From the NCBI GenBank assembly GCA_965140445.1, contig OZ223236.1, positions 2,624,001-2,688,000 of the forward strand: a stretch of DNA of 64,000 nucleotides, read 5' to 3'. The stretch's first letter is position 1. Every line of letters begins with the position of its first letter. The stretch is from Candidatus Ozemobacteraceae bacterium. GTDB lineage: Bacteria; Muiribacteriota; Ozemobacteria; Ozemobacterales; Ozemobacteraceae. The translations under genes were made by a program, and so were the position numbers. The notes under the pieces were generated by a model. The model was not told where the DNA came from. It did no database searches and worked only from the letters and a program-made list of their open reading frames with translations. Shown piece by piece: positions 49,057 to 57,676 of this stretch.

Positions 49057-49770
49057 TCAGATTTTAAAAATTCTTATTTCTCTGGTCTTTCCTTGATAAG
49101 AAAGAGATGCTATATAATTGATTCCCACATCAATTGTAGCCAGTTTCCAGTCATGCTGATAGTTTTTATCGTCGGTTAAAATTTCAAGCAAAGCATGCTC
49201 ATCAGAAGGAGAAAATGAAACTGAAATCTTTGAAAGGCCTGCCACGCCTTCTCCTGTTGCTTTTAAAATGGCTTCTTTTCTGGTCCAGCCGCGCAAAAAA
49301 GTCGCAATATCATTGCTGGAACCGCAAAATTCATTAAAACTGATTTGTTCTGTTTTTGAGAAAAACCTATTAAGGATTGGATTGATAGAAACTTTCTTTT
49401 TTAAAAATTCAATGTCGATGCCGTTTATTGAATCTGAAACGGAAATTAAAAATCTGTTGTGACTATGGCTCAGATTAAAAAATGGTTGAATTTTATGGTT
49501 GCCTTTTAGATATGGCTTTCCTTTTGCTCCTTTGAAGAAGCTTATTTGAGATGCTTCTTTCTCCAGGTAGTTTTCCAATACCAATTTCAAGCTCGATCTG
49601 GCTACAAGATAATGGCGTTTGGCTTTTTCATTGGAAAATTTGTTGAACCGAACTTTCTCTTCTGTATCTAAAATTTTCAGTAGATCTGTATCTGGAGTAT
49701 TTATACTTTCAAAATCTCCGATAAAGACATCTATTGTTGATGGCGAAAGTTCTAATTTTGAATTAATCAT
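49057..49770 (-). CDS. Sfp-type 4'-phosphopantetheinyl transferase (PfaE role)
   Basis: GKP, FNLSHS, GIDIE, WTRKEA.LKA.G; located inside the pfa cluster. Confidence 0.92.
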   Translation of the reverse strand: MINSKLELSPSTIDVFIGDFESINTPDTDLLKILDTEEKVRFNKFSNEKAKRHYLVARSSLKLVLENYLEKEASQISFFKGAKGKPYLKGNHKIQPFFNLSHSHNRFLISVSDSINGIDIEFLKKKVSINPILNRFFSKTEQISFNEFCGSSNDIATFLRGWTRKEAILKATGEGVAGLSKISVSFSPSDEHALLEILTDDKNYQHDWKLATIDVGINYIASLSYQGKTREIRIFKI

Positions 49771-49791
49771 TTTAGGTATTTCTGGAAAATA

Positions 49792-49826
49792 AAACAGGCC
49801 ACTCTGAACTTCAGAGTGGCCTGTTT
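49792..49826 (-). terminator. Intrinsic terminator immediately after pfaD
   Basis: AAACAGGCCACTCTGAA-C-TTCAGAGTGGCCTGTTT; on the minus strand the stem is followed by TTTTATTTT. Confidence 0.75.
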
Positions 49827-49833
49827 GGATTTG

Positions 49834-51504
49834 TTATGCTTTTAAATAATTATCAATTTGCTGGTTAGTGAGAGAAGGGCAATCGAGAATTGTTGTAGGA
49901 AGAACGATTCCCTGAGCCCTAAGTTGAGTTTGTCTTTGAACTACAGCTGATCCAAATAGGAGGTTCATTGCTACATCAACAACCTTCCTGTTTTCCACAT
50001 TGTCAAAATGGCTGCCTTTTGCCCATTCATTGAAAGCACCCATTGCAGCACCACACCAAATCTGGAAATCAACTTTTCGGTCTTCTACTCCACCAACAGC
50101 CCATCTAGCAGAGAGTCCCAGATACCATCTGAAAACAAGTGCCATTTTATGTTTTGGCTCTTTTTCAGCTCTTTCAACCTGTGAAGGGTCTCTTTCCAAA
50201 AAGAAATTACGAGTTCCTTCCCAAATATTTTCGAGTGTATCTCTAAAGACTGTTTTTTCTAGATTCATTTTTTCTGGTGCAGGAATGCTGTCTATTCCAT
50301 CATATCTTCTGAAAATTTCATAAAGTTTCTGAGCGCGCATTGCAAACATGGTTCCTCTTTTTAGAACCTGAACAGTGACGCCCATCTCAAACATATCGCC
50401 CGCTGGAGCCATAGCAATATCAGCTTGTCCTGCTTGAGAAAGCATTTGTCTTGCAATGTCTGAAGTTCCGGATTCAACGCATGCCTGATTTACAGAGCCA
50501 GTTACAAGGTATGCTGCGCCCATAGAGAAAGCGGCAGCAGCTGAAGCAGGAGTTCCTGTTCCGCCACCAAATCCAACTCTAAGTGGGAAAGGATAATTAA
50601 ATTCTTTTTGAAGTCTGTTTCGCAGAGCAATCATAGTTGGGTGTAATGAAACAGCAGGTCTGTTGTCTGTGTGTCCACCTGAGTCAGCTTCAGAGGTTAA
50701 ATCCTGTGCAACCGGAATCTGGGTGGCAAGTCTGGCTTGTTGCTCTGTTATCGTTCCTGCTTCCAGAAGCTTTTTCAACATTTTTTCTGGTGGAGGAGAG
50801 AAGAATTTTGTTGCAACTTCAACCCTCGAAGCTTTTGCTATTACTTTGTTAGGAGTAATTATATTTCCATTTTCGTCTTCATGAATTCCATCAAGTCTGT
50901 ATCGAACTAATGGAAGTGACATTGCCAGGAATGCAGAAGCTTCCACAAGTCTCATTTCATGATGAAGGTAAAGATCAACTATTTTGTCCTCAAGACCTTT
51001 TTCATTAGGGCTGTGAATCAAGTTCATTCCGAATGGGACTGGATTTTCAAGGCCCTTCATTCTAAGAATTGCGCTTTCAACTTTTTCTGGGCTGTCCCCA
51101 GCAGAGCCGATAAAGCCAAGCATTCCGGAATTGCCAAGTGCAATAGCGATGTCAGGAGAGCTGATCCCATGCGCCATTGATCCGCCAACATATGGAAATT
51201 CTATTCCATAGTCTCTACAAAAAGAAGAATCACCCAGATCGTGAAGACCCTGAGGAGCTAGCATTCCCATTAGAGGGGAACTTCCTTTGGGCCTGGAAGC
51301 AAGGTCAAATGATAAATCACCAGAAGTTGCTACGCCAAGTTTTCCTTCATTTAGAACAACAAAAACAGGCTTGGAAACCTGCTTTAGAGCTTCATCTATA
51401 GACTCAATATCAAATGCTAAACTGTCAGAGCTGCCTGTCCACCAACCGATGTGGGCTTGCTTCTCAACAGATGTTTTTAGTGCTTCGTTATTTGCTTTGT
51501 GCAT
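49834..51504 (-). CDS. pfaD: PfaD-family enoyl reductase of PUFA synthase
   Basis: GSMAHGISS, NLIHSP, VEASAF, SRVEVA..F..PPP, EADSGGHTDNRP, MAPAGDMFEMG..VQVLKRG, QIWCG. Confidence 0.95.
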   Translation of the reverse strand: MHKANNEALKTSVEKQAHIGWWTGSSDSLAFDIESIDEALKQVSKPVFVVLNEGKLGVATSGDLSFDLASRPKGSSPLMGMLAPQGLHDLGDSSFCRDYGIEFPYVGGSMAHGISSPDIAIALGNSGMLGFIGSAGDSPEKVESAILRMKGLENPVPFGMNLIHSPNEKGLEDKIVDLYLHHEMRLVEASAFLAMSLPLVRYRLDGIHEDENGNIITPNKVIAKASRVEVATKFFSPPPEKMLKKLLEAGTITEQQARLATQIPVAQDLTSEADSGGHTDNRPAVSLHPTMIALRNRLQKEFNYPFPLRVGFGGGTGTPASAAAAFSMGAAYLVTGSVNQACVESGTSDIARQMLSQAGQADIAMAPAGDMFEMGVTVQVLKRGTMFAMRAQKLYEIFRRYDGIDSIPAPEKMNLEKTVFRDTLENIWEGTRNFFLERDPSQVERAEKEPKHKMALVFRWYLGLSARWAVGGVEDRKVDFQIWCGAAMGAFNEWAKGSHFDNVENRKVVDVAMNLLFGSAVVQRQTQLRAQGIVLPTTILDCPSLTNQQIDNYLKA

Positions 51505-51553
51505 TGGTTAACTATCCTCCAGAATCTCTTTACGGGAATACCATTAAGGCGCA

Positions 51554-51582
51554 AGTTTATATTAATTTGTTGGTTTTTACAA
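51554..51582 (-). promoter_or_regulatory. Putative sigma70 promoter of pfaD
   Basis: Minus strand TTGTAA-17 nt-TAAACT; GGAGG RBS before the ATG. Confidence 0.45.
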
Positions 51583-51673
51583 GTATCCTTTATAATCCTG
51601 CTTCTCTGCATTGAAAAACTTGAAATCCTGCTATTGAAGATGCATGTAAAAATCGAAAGACAGGATAAAAAAC

Positions 51674-52243
51674 TTAAAAAGTGAGAATTTTAGAATAAAT
51701 CAGGTTTTTTATCTCAGATTTCGACTTTTCGTTTAAAGGGCTTCTGTAGATAAAACTCAAAAGATTATTGCGAGTGATTCCGACAATTGTAGGAATGTCA
51801 TAGTCGATTTTTAAGCTTCGTCCAACATAAGAATGAGAATCGATAATAACGGGTATTGGAGGCTGATATTCTGTTATCAAGTCGAGGTTTTTTTTGTATT
51901 GGTTCGAGAATTCTGTTCCGGAAGGATTGAAAACCCAGAGAACATTAGCTCTGGTTCCAAATTCAGAGTTTAAGAATATGGCCCACTTTTTTAAATCATG
52001 TCGAATGCCCCATTTTCCAGTAATAAAAATATATGGGATCGGATTATAAATATTGTTTTCCCAGGTTTTTCCTTCTGTATCTGTGAGCTTGAACGCAACA
52101 AACTTTTCTGAGGGAGAAACCTTCTTTATGTAAAAAGGAGGAAAACTTTCTTTTTCCGTTGCTGAATAAAGTGCCCATCTGGATTGAATTGGCACAATCA
52201 GAATAATTGTTAAGACAATTAAAATAAGGTTGGGTCTTTTCAT
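51674..52243 (-). CDS. Secreted thioredoxin-like (redoxin-fold) protein lacking CxxC
   Basis: F.LTDTEGKTW and IPVIID...IPT.V patterns; no Cys in the protein. Confidence 0.55.
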   Translation of the reverse strand: MKRPNLILIVLTIILIVPIQSRWALYSATEKESFPPFYIKKVSPSEKFVAFKLTDTEGKTWENNIYNPIPYIFITGKWGIRHDLKKWAIFLNSEFGTRANVLWVFNPSGTEFSNQYKKNLDLITEYQPPIPVIIDSHSYVGRSLKIDYDIPTIVGITRNNLLSFIYRSPLNEKSKSEIKNLIYSKILTF

Positions 52244-52355
52244 GTTTAAAATTATAATGGCAAAAACGGGAAAAAAGGTAGCCGAAATTTTTCCGTTATC
52301 CGCAATCAGCTAAATGCAGGTAGGATTTGACCTAACCTGATAATAGGAGATAACT

Positions 52356-52433
52356 TTGTTTATACTAATACTTGTGGTGCTGGTGGTTTTAATTGCTTTT
52401 TTCTTTTTATCAGGCAACAAAAAAGATGAGTAG
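52356..52433 (+). CDS. Putative 25-aa single-pass membrane peptide
   Basis: AGGAGA RBS 5 nt before TTG; MFILILVVLVVLIAFFFLSGNKKDE*. Confidence 0.45.
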   Translation: MFILILVVLVVLIAFFFLSGNKKDE

Positions 52434-52492
52434 TTGAAATTTTGCTGAAATAGCTTAGCTTTTATTAATACTTATAGTTCTGGAGTGAAATA

Positions 52493-53311
52493 GTGTCTCT
52501 TGTAATAATAATTGGACTCGGTCTTGGAATCATTTTAATTGTTTACCTTCTTGATATTAAAAAAAATATGCATAGGAAAGAGCTCGTAAGAGAAGATTTT
52601 CCCAAAGAATTTGAAGATATTTTATATGCCAACCTGCCTTTGTATAGAAAACTACCTGATGATTTAAAAAAACAACTTCATGGAAAAATAAATGTTTTTC
52701 TTGATGAGAAGCCATTTGAAGGTTGCGGTGGGCTGGTTATTACAGATGAGATTAGAGTGACTATTGCCGGACAGGCGAGCATGCTGCTTTTAAATAGAGA
52801 AAATGAGTTTTTCAATGTTTTAACTTCTGTTTTGGTTTATCCCGCAGCATACATTGCGAAAGCTCCAGTTCACAACAATGGTAGCATTGTGGATTCTGAC
52901 AGTGTAAGACTTGGTGAATCCTGGAATAGCGGAACTCTTGTTCTCTCTTGGAATGACGTAAAATACGGCGTAAAAAATTCCAGTGACGGGCAAAATGTAA
53001 TAATTCATGAATTTGCTCATCAGCTAGATCAGGAAGATGGGGGTGCTCATGGTGACCCTATCCTTGAAAGTAGAAGCAATTACGTTACCTGGGCGAAGGT
53101 ATTGGGCGAAGAATTTAAAATCTTGAAGGAAAAGGCCGCAAAGCACAAGAAGTCGACTATGGATTATTATGGTGCAACAAATCCGGCGGAATTTTTTGCT
53201 GTTGCCACGGAAACTTTCTTTGAAAAGCCAGTTCAAATGAAAACAAAGCATCCTGAGCTATACGAAGAGTTAAAAAAATTCTACAAATTAGATCCATGCA
53301 GTTGGGACTAA
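52493..53311 (+). CDS. MtfA-like zinc-dependent peptidase (M90)
   Basis: LGESW..G..VLSW, DGQNV.IHEFAHQLD, YGATNPAEFFAV.TE.FFE. Confidence 0.92.
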   Translation: MSLVIIIGLGLGIILIVYLLDIKKNMHRKELVREDFPKEFEDILYANLPLYRKLPDDLKKQLHGKINVFLDEKPFEGCGGLVITDEIRVTIAGQASMLLLNRENEFFNVLTSVLVYPAAYIAKAPVHNNGSIVDSDSVRLGESWNSGTLVLSWNDVKYGVKNSSDGQNVIIHEFAHQLDQEDGGAHGDPILESRSNYVTWAKVLGEEFKILKEKAAKHKKSTMDYYGATNPAEFFAVATETFFEKPVQMKTKHPELYEELKKFYKLDPCSWD

Positions 53312-53443
53312 ATCCGGTTTAATAGTTAAATTCTAATTGAATTGTTTATAGAAAATAGCCTACAATTATTAGCGAGTTATACCTTTATTTACATAGAATT
53401 CAAAAATCAAAAGATGTTTTATTGATCGAGGAAGAGGTGTTTT

Positions 53444-53779
53444 ATGAAGGATATTAAGGCTTTTAAATTAGAAATATTTGCGCCGGAAGAGTTTGTTCTT
53501 TCCATCCAGGAAGCTATGCATAAGGCAGGCGCTGGCTGTTTGGGTAATTATGACCACATTGCTGCAAGAATAAAAACCAAGGGCTATTGGCGTCCACTAG
53601 AAGGTTCAGAGCCAAGAAGTGGTGCTGTTGGTTCTCTTTGCTCTGCTGCTGAGGTAAAAATTGAAGTGCATTGCAAAAGTGAATTGGTTAAGGCTGTTGT
53701 TAAGGCCGTCAGAGATATTCACCCATATGAAGAGCCTTTGATAAACATTATTCCACTGGCGAACCAGTTTTTTGACTAG
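53444..53779 (+). CDS. YqfO-like small protein (PII-like insert domain of Nif3 proteins)
   Basis: AGAG.LGNYD, G.WRPLEGS.P, HPYEEP. Confidence 0.88.
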   Translation: MKDIKAFKLEIFAPEEFVLSIQEAMHKAGAGCLGNYDHIAARIKTKGYWRPLEGSEPRSGAVGSLCSAAEVKIEVHCKSELVKAVVKAVRDIHPYEEPLINIIPLANQFFD

Positions 53780-53807
53780 AAAAAAAATACAAATTGTTGA
53801 GGAAAAT

Positions 53808-54263
53808 ATGATTCTTTCCAGCTTAAGTAACAGTAGTAGATACTCTAATGTTCACCCATTATTTGAAGTAGCTTTCCATTTTTTGAAAGCAAACAATTTG
53901 AACTTACTTGAAGTTGGAAAGCATGTGATTCAAGGGGAAGATGTTTTTGCTATGGTTTCTGAATATGAGACCAGGGGAAGCGAAGAAAGTGACCTTGAGG
54001 CTCATCGGAAATATATCGATATACAGGTTCTTGGCAGCGGCTCAGAAAAGATTGGGTTCGCAAATTTAGCGGGGCAAAAAATCACTGAAGAATATTCAGA
54101 AGAAAAAGATGTGGGATTCTTTGATGGCGACTGTGATTATTTAACCATTGAACCTGGGTTGTTTGGAGTATTTTTCCCGGAAGATTTGCATAAGCCCTGC
54201 ATTCATAACCTGGAAAAAACAATGGTAAAAAAGATAGTAGTAAAGGTGTTAGCTAAAAAGTAA
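53808..54263 (+). CDS. YhcH/YjgK/YiaL family protein
   Basis: EAHRKYIDIQ, FFPEDLHKP, KIVVKV; start taken at the ATG 53808 after GAGG. Confidence 0.92.
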   Translation: MILSSLSNSSRYSNVHPLFEVAFHFLKANNLNLLEVGKHVIQGEDVFAMVSEYETRGSEESDLEAHRKYIDIQVLGSGSEKIGFANLAGQKITEEYSEEKDVGFFDGDCDYLTIEPGLFGVFFPEDLHKPCIHNLEKTMVKKIVVKVLAKK

Positions 54264-54354
54264 TTTATAGTCAATTAAATAAGGCTAAAAGCTAACATTT
54301 CTTAGAAACGATTTTGTTGTTCTGTAGAAATATACATCAAGATTGAGGGGTTCA

Positions 54355-55911
54355 ATGATTTTAAAAAGGGTTTGCTATTTTTCAGTTTTAATTTTTTTGG
54401 TCATTGGTTTTTCTTTTCCCGGGTTTGCAGAAAAAATGCCCAATCCAATTGGTGAGAAAACCAAATTTGTTCTAAATGTAAATTTGGGCAAACTTTACGA
54501 TCTTGGAATATCAAAAATCGAAGAATTAAAAAATCCCGAGAATTCAAAGGATTTGGAAAAGCTCTTAGGAGCTGACCAAGGTAATAAGCAGAATGGCTTT
54601 AGTTCAAATGAATTGGTTGACCAGATTTTGGAATTTGAAAATAAAAAAATGTTTAAACCCAATGGTTTTCTCTGGTTGGCTGTTGATTCTGATTTCAGAT
54701 TCTGCTTAACAATTGATGCAGTATGTAAGCCAGCTGATTTATTTTCATTTTTGTCTTCATATCTTGAAAAAAAAATCAGTTCAAAAAAAGTTGGAGAAAA
54801 GCAGGTTCAGTTTAAAATTTCTGTTTCTGAAAATGTCGTTTTGGATGCAGTGATAAGCGAAGATGGAATAAAAGTAGGAAGTAGATTTGAAAATTCGCCA
54901 AAAAGTTTGAAGGATTGGAAATCTTTCGTAAATAAAGCAGAGAAGCCAGATGCATTTCTTTCTTTTGATGTCGATTTCGAAGCTTATGTAAATTATAAAA
55001 CCGGATCTTCTTTGAAAGCTCGAAGATATGCGTGTTGTGCAAATATGCGTGTTTTGCTTGGCGCCATAGAGATGTACAATATGGATAATGTCGAAATGAT
55101 TAAATCAAATCTTGATATAGATTTGCTTTGCTCTCAAAAATATTTAAAAAGCAAAATGAGCTGCCCATGCGCAGGAAAATATAGCATCGAAGGAGATATT
55201 ACTGAAGATGGGTATATAAAGTGCTCCGCCCATGGAACAGTAGAAAACCCAGTTGATGCTCCGATGAGCAAGGAACATGTTTTTTCTGACCCAGCCTATT
55301 TAGAAATTAAGAAAATTCGACTTTTTATTGATTCAAATGGAGTTGTGCTTGCTACATATGCCAAATCTAAAGAAGTCAGAGCAAAAATTAGATCATCCTT
55401 TGAAGAGTATTTAAAGTTTGGAAAAAAACTTATTGATGAATATGGGAAAAATGTGAAGCAAAGTTCAGGAGAGCAAGAAACTCTTAATCTCTTTAATTCT
55501 ATGTTGAACAGGGTAAAGTTTGGAAATTCAGGAAGCTGGTTTATTAGTCAATTTAAGGCAGAAAGTCAGGAAGAGGTTTTAAAATCATTGGCAGCTATTT
55601 CAGGGTTTGCCGCAGCAATTGCAGTTCCAAATTTCAAAAAAGCTCGTTTCAGCGCTCGTCAAAAAGCATGCTTTGCTAACCAGAGGGTAATCCTTGGAGC
55701 TATTGAAATGTACAATATGGACAATAAAGAAATGCTTAAATTTATTCGAGATTCAGATGTTCGTGACGGCGGGATTTTGCCTGAACAAAAATATCTTAAA
55801 TCTGGAATTGTTAATCCTGAACCAGGGTGTTTTTACTCTTCCATTGGGGATTTAACAGAAATGACTGGTAAAATTACATGCAAAATTCATGGATCAGTTG
55901 ATGATTATTAG
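54355..55911 (+). CDS. Secreted/membrane protein with two pilin-like Cys/His domains
   Basis: Two copies of C.AN.RV.LGAIEMYNMDN...YLKS...Y...GD.TE...I.C..HG.V; signal peptide. Confidence 0.75.
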   Translation: MILKRVCYFSVLIFLVIGFSFPGFAEKMPNPIGEKTKFVLNVNLGKLYDLGISKIEELKNPENSKDLEKLLGADQGNKQNGFSSNELVDQILEFENKKMFKPNGFLWLAVDSDFRFCLTIDAVCKPADLFSFLSSYLEKKISSKKVGEKQVQFKISVSENVVLDAVISEDGIKVGSRFENSPKSLKDWKSFVNKAEKPDAFLSFDVDFEAYVNYKTGSSLKARRYACCANMRVLLGAIEMYNMDNVEMIKSNLDIDLLCSQKYLKSKMSCPCAGKYSIEGDITEDGYIKCSAHGTVENPVDAPMSKEHVFSDPAYLEIKKIRLFIDSNGVVLATYAKSKEVRAKIRSSFEEYLKFGKKLIDEYGKNVKQSSGEQETLNLFNSMLNRVKFGNSGSWFISQFKAESQEEVLKSLAAISGFAAAIAVPNFKKARFSARQKACFANQRVILGAIEMYNMDNKEMLKFIRDSDVRDGGILPEQKYLKSGIVNPEPGCFYSSIGDLTEMTGKITCKIHGSVDDY

Positions 55912-55955
55912 ATTTGCAAATTTATTTTATTAAATCTAAATTTTGAAAGGCAATT

Positions 55956-56624
55956 ATGAAAAAAATTATCGTTTTAGTTACAGTAGTTTGCGCTATTTTT
56001 CCTTTTCTTACCGCAGAAGGCATCGAATTTAAAGATTTTGCGACCCAGATTAAGCAGATTAAATTTAAACCTGGAACTCATTTACAGACCACAAAAATAG
56101 TTATTTTGCATCCAATGGTGAAAGATAAGATTACTGAATTGGTTCACACGTCTTCGTTAAACTGGGGTAAAGGGAAGTGTACCAAAAAGGTGGAAGATTT
56201 CCAGCAGACAAAGGGAAAACCGGTTAAGGGGGAAACTGGAGTTGGGCAAAGTTTTCCCTATAATTATCCTCCAATGGATTTGCTTAAGTTTTGTGAAAAA
56301 TCTGAAATAAGTAATTGGAAGATTGCTAGTGAAGGTTTAACGCTTGATGGTCAAAAATTAAAAGGCTATAAGTTTTTAGTTTTGGATGACGGCAAGTCTA
56401 AACTTTGCTCTTTGTTTTTAAACGATAAAGATGAAATCTGCGCTCTTTCAATGGGGTTTGACAGAAACGGTATAAAATCTGATGCAAATATGAAGGAAAG
56501 TGGAAAGACCTGGTATTTTAAAAAAATCGACGGTTTGCTTGCATTGGTTAAAGAGTCTATTGTAACAGCAGAAAAGAAGTCGGGAATTCCCATTTTAAAA
56601 ACAGAATTGATCGAATTTAAATAG
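55956..56624 (+). CDS. Secreted hypothetical protein
   Basis: 222 aa ORF with signal peptide. Confidence 0.7.
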   Translation: MKKIIVLVTVVCAIFPFLTAEGIEFKDFATQIKQIKFKPGTHLQTTKIVILHPMVKDKITELVHTSSLNWGKGKCTKKVEDFQQTKGKPVKGETGVGQSFPYNYPPMDLLKFCEKSEISNWKIASEGLTLDGQKLKGYKFLVLDDGKSKLCSLFLNDKDEICALSMGFDRNGIKSDANMKESGKTWYFKKIDGLLALVKESIVTAEKKSGIPILKTELIEFK

Positions 56625-56634
56625 TTAGTTTCCT

Positions 56635-56699
56635 ATAAGAAAAGAACTCTCGTCTGGCATTTTCAATTAAAATGTTTGAAACGAGAGTTTTTTTCTTAT
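56635..56699. terminator. Bidirectional terminator-like inverted repeat
   Basis: ATAAGAAAAGAACTCTCGT...ACGAGAGTTTTTTTCTTAT between convergent genes. Confidence 0.65.
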
Positions 56700-57188
56700 T
56701 TATGCTTTGTTTTTTAAAGATTTTCTTAAAAATTTAAATTCTCTGGAAATGAAAGATTCATAGCTTGCGTCAATGAACTTCAATTTTTCGCGAATCGTTT
56801 TTGGATTCATGGAGGCAAAATCAAGATTTGTTGGACCAAGAAGGAGCTCATGAACTTCTTTTTTCTTTTCACGCATATCAAGACATAAAAGTTCGTCCTG
56901 ATCATTATATCCAACTATAGAAAAACCCTTTTCATAAAGAACTTCCCCGGGCATTTCCCAGAGATTTTCATCAATTAAATTTTTAAGTGAAAGAAGTCTG
57001 AATTTTCCAATAATTATGTCTTGAGTAGGGCTGGTTTTTGAATAAAGCTTTAAAAAGTCCTTTGGAAAACTCATTTTAGCCAATTCCGAAAGATCGGCTT
57101 TGTCAGCTGTTTGAAACAAATTTGGGAATAATTCACTAAGTTCTTTGTTTATTTCAGAATAGTTCAAAATTAATTCTCTTTCATTCAT
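56700..57188 (-). CDS. Hypothetical protein, possibly SMI1/KNR4-like
   Basis: FPKDFLKLY, IVG....ELLCLD, FIDASYESFI patterns loosely match that fold. Confidence 0.5.
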   Translation of the reverse strand: MNERELILNYSEINKELSELFPNLFQTADKADLSELAKMSFPKDFLKLYSKTSPTQDIIIGKFRLLSLKNLIDENLWEMPGEVLYEKGFSIVGYNDQDELLCLDMREKKKEVHELLLGPTNLDFASMNPKTIREKLKFIDASYESFISREFKFLRKSLKNKA

Positions 57189-57207
57189 TCATCTTATAGG
57201 GATAGAA

Positions 57208-57238
57208 AAAAACAGCCCCTATAAAAGGGGCTGTTTTT
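57208..57238 (-). terminator. Intrinsic terminator after the RRM gene
   Basis: AAAAACAGCCCCT-ATAAA-AGGGGCTGTTTTT. Confidence 0.85.
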
Positions 57239-57254
57239 ATAATTTTAACAGTTA

Positions 57255-57527
57255 TTAATACTGTGGTCTTCTTCTTGGACGATCTTCTTTTGGTCTTGCT
57301 TCGTTAACCTTAAGATTTCTTCCAGAAACTTCTTTTCCGTCGAGCTGACGAATTGCTTCCTGAGCTTCAGAAGCTTCAGTCATTTCTACGAAACCAAAAC
57401 CTTTTGCTCTACCAGTTTCTCTGTCAGTGATGATGTTTGCGCTAACAACAGATCCAAATTCCGCGAAAAGTTCTTCCAAGTTCTGCTCAGTCATGCTGTA
57501 AGGCATGTTACCAACGTACAATTTCAT
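57255..57527 (-). CDS. RRM-domain RNA-binding protein
   Basis: RNP2 KLYVGNM, RNP1 KGFGFVEM, LKVNEARP. Confidence 0.95.
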   Translation of the reverse strand: MKLYVGNMPYSMTEQNLEELFAEFGSVVSANIITDRETGRAKGFGFVEMTEASEAQEAIRQLDGKEVSGRNLKVNEARPKEDRPRRRPQY

Positions 57528-57676
57528 TTTGTTCTCCGTATACTTAAATAATTTACTCTAATCAGGATTCTGTGTTTAGCAAAAACCGATCGAGCTTTCA
57601 GTATATCTTAAAAGGAAAGAAAAGGAAAGAAAAAAAAAACTTTTTTTTTGGACTAAAAATATGCCTCTGAAACAGT

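Noticed and set aside
57608..57650. AAAGG/poly-A/poly-T low-complexity tract as a phase-variation site
   Set aside because: Intergenic low-complexity sequence with no evidence of functional length variation
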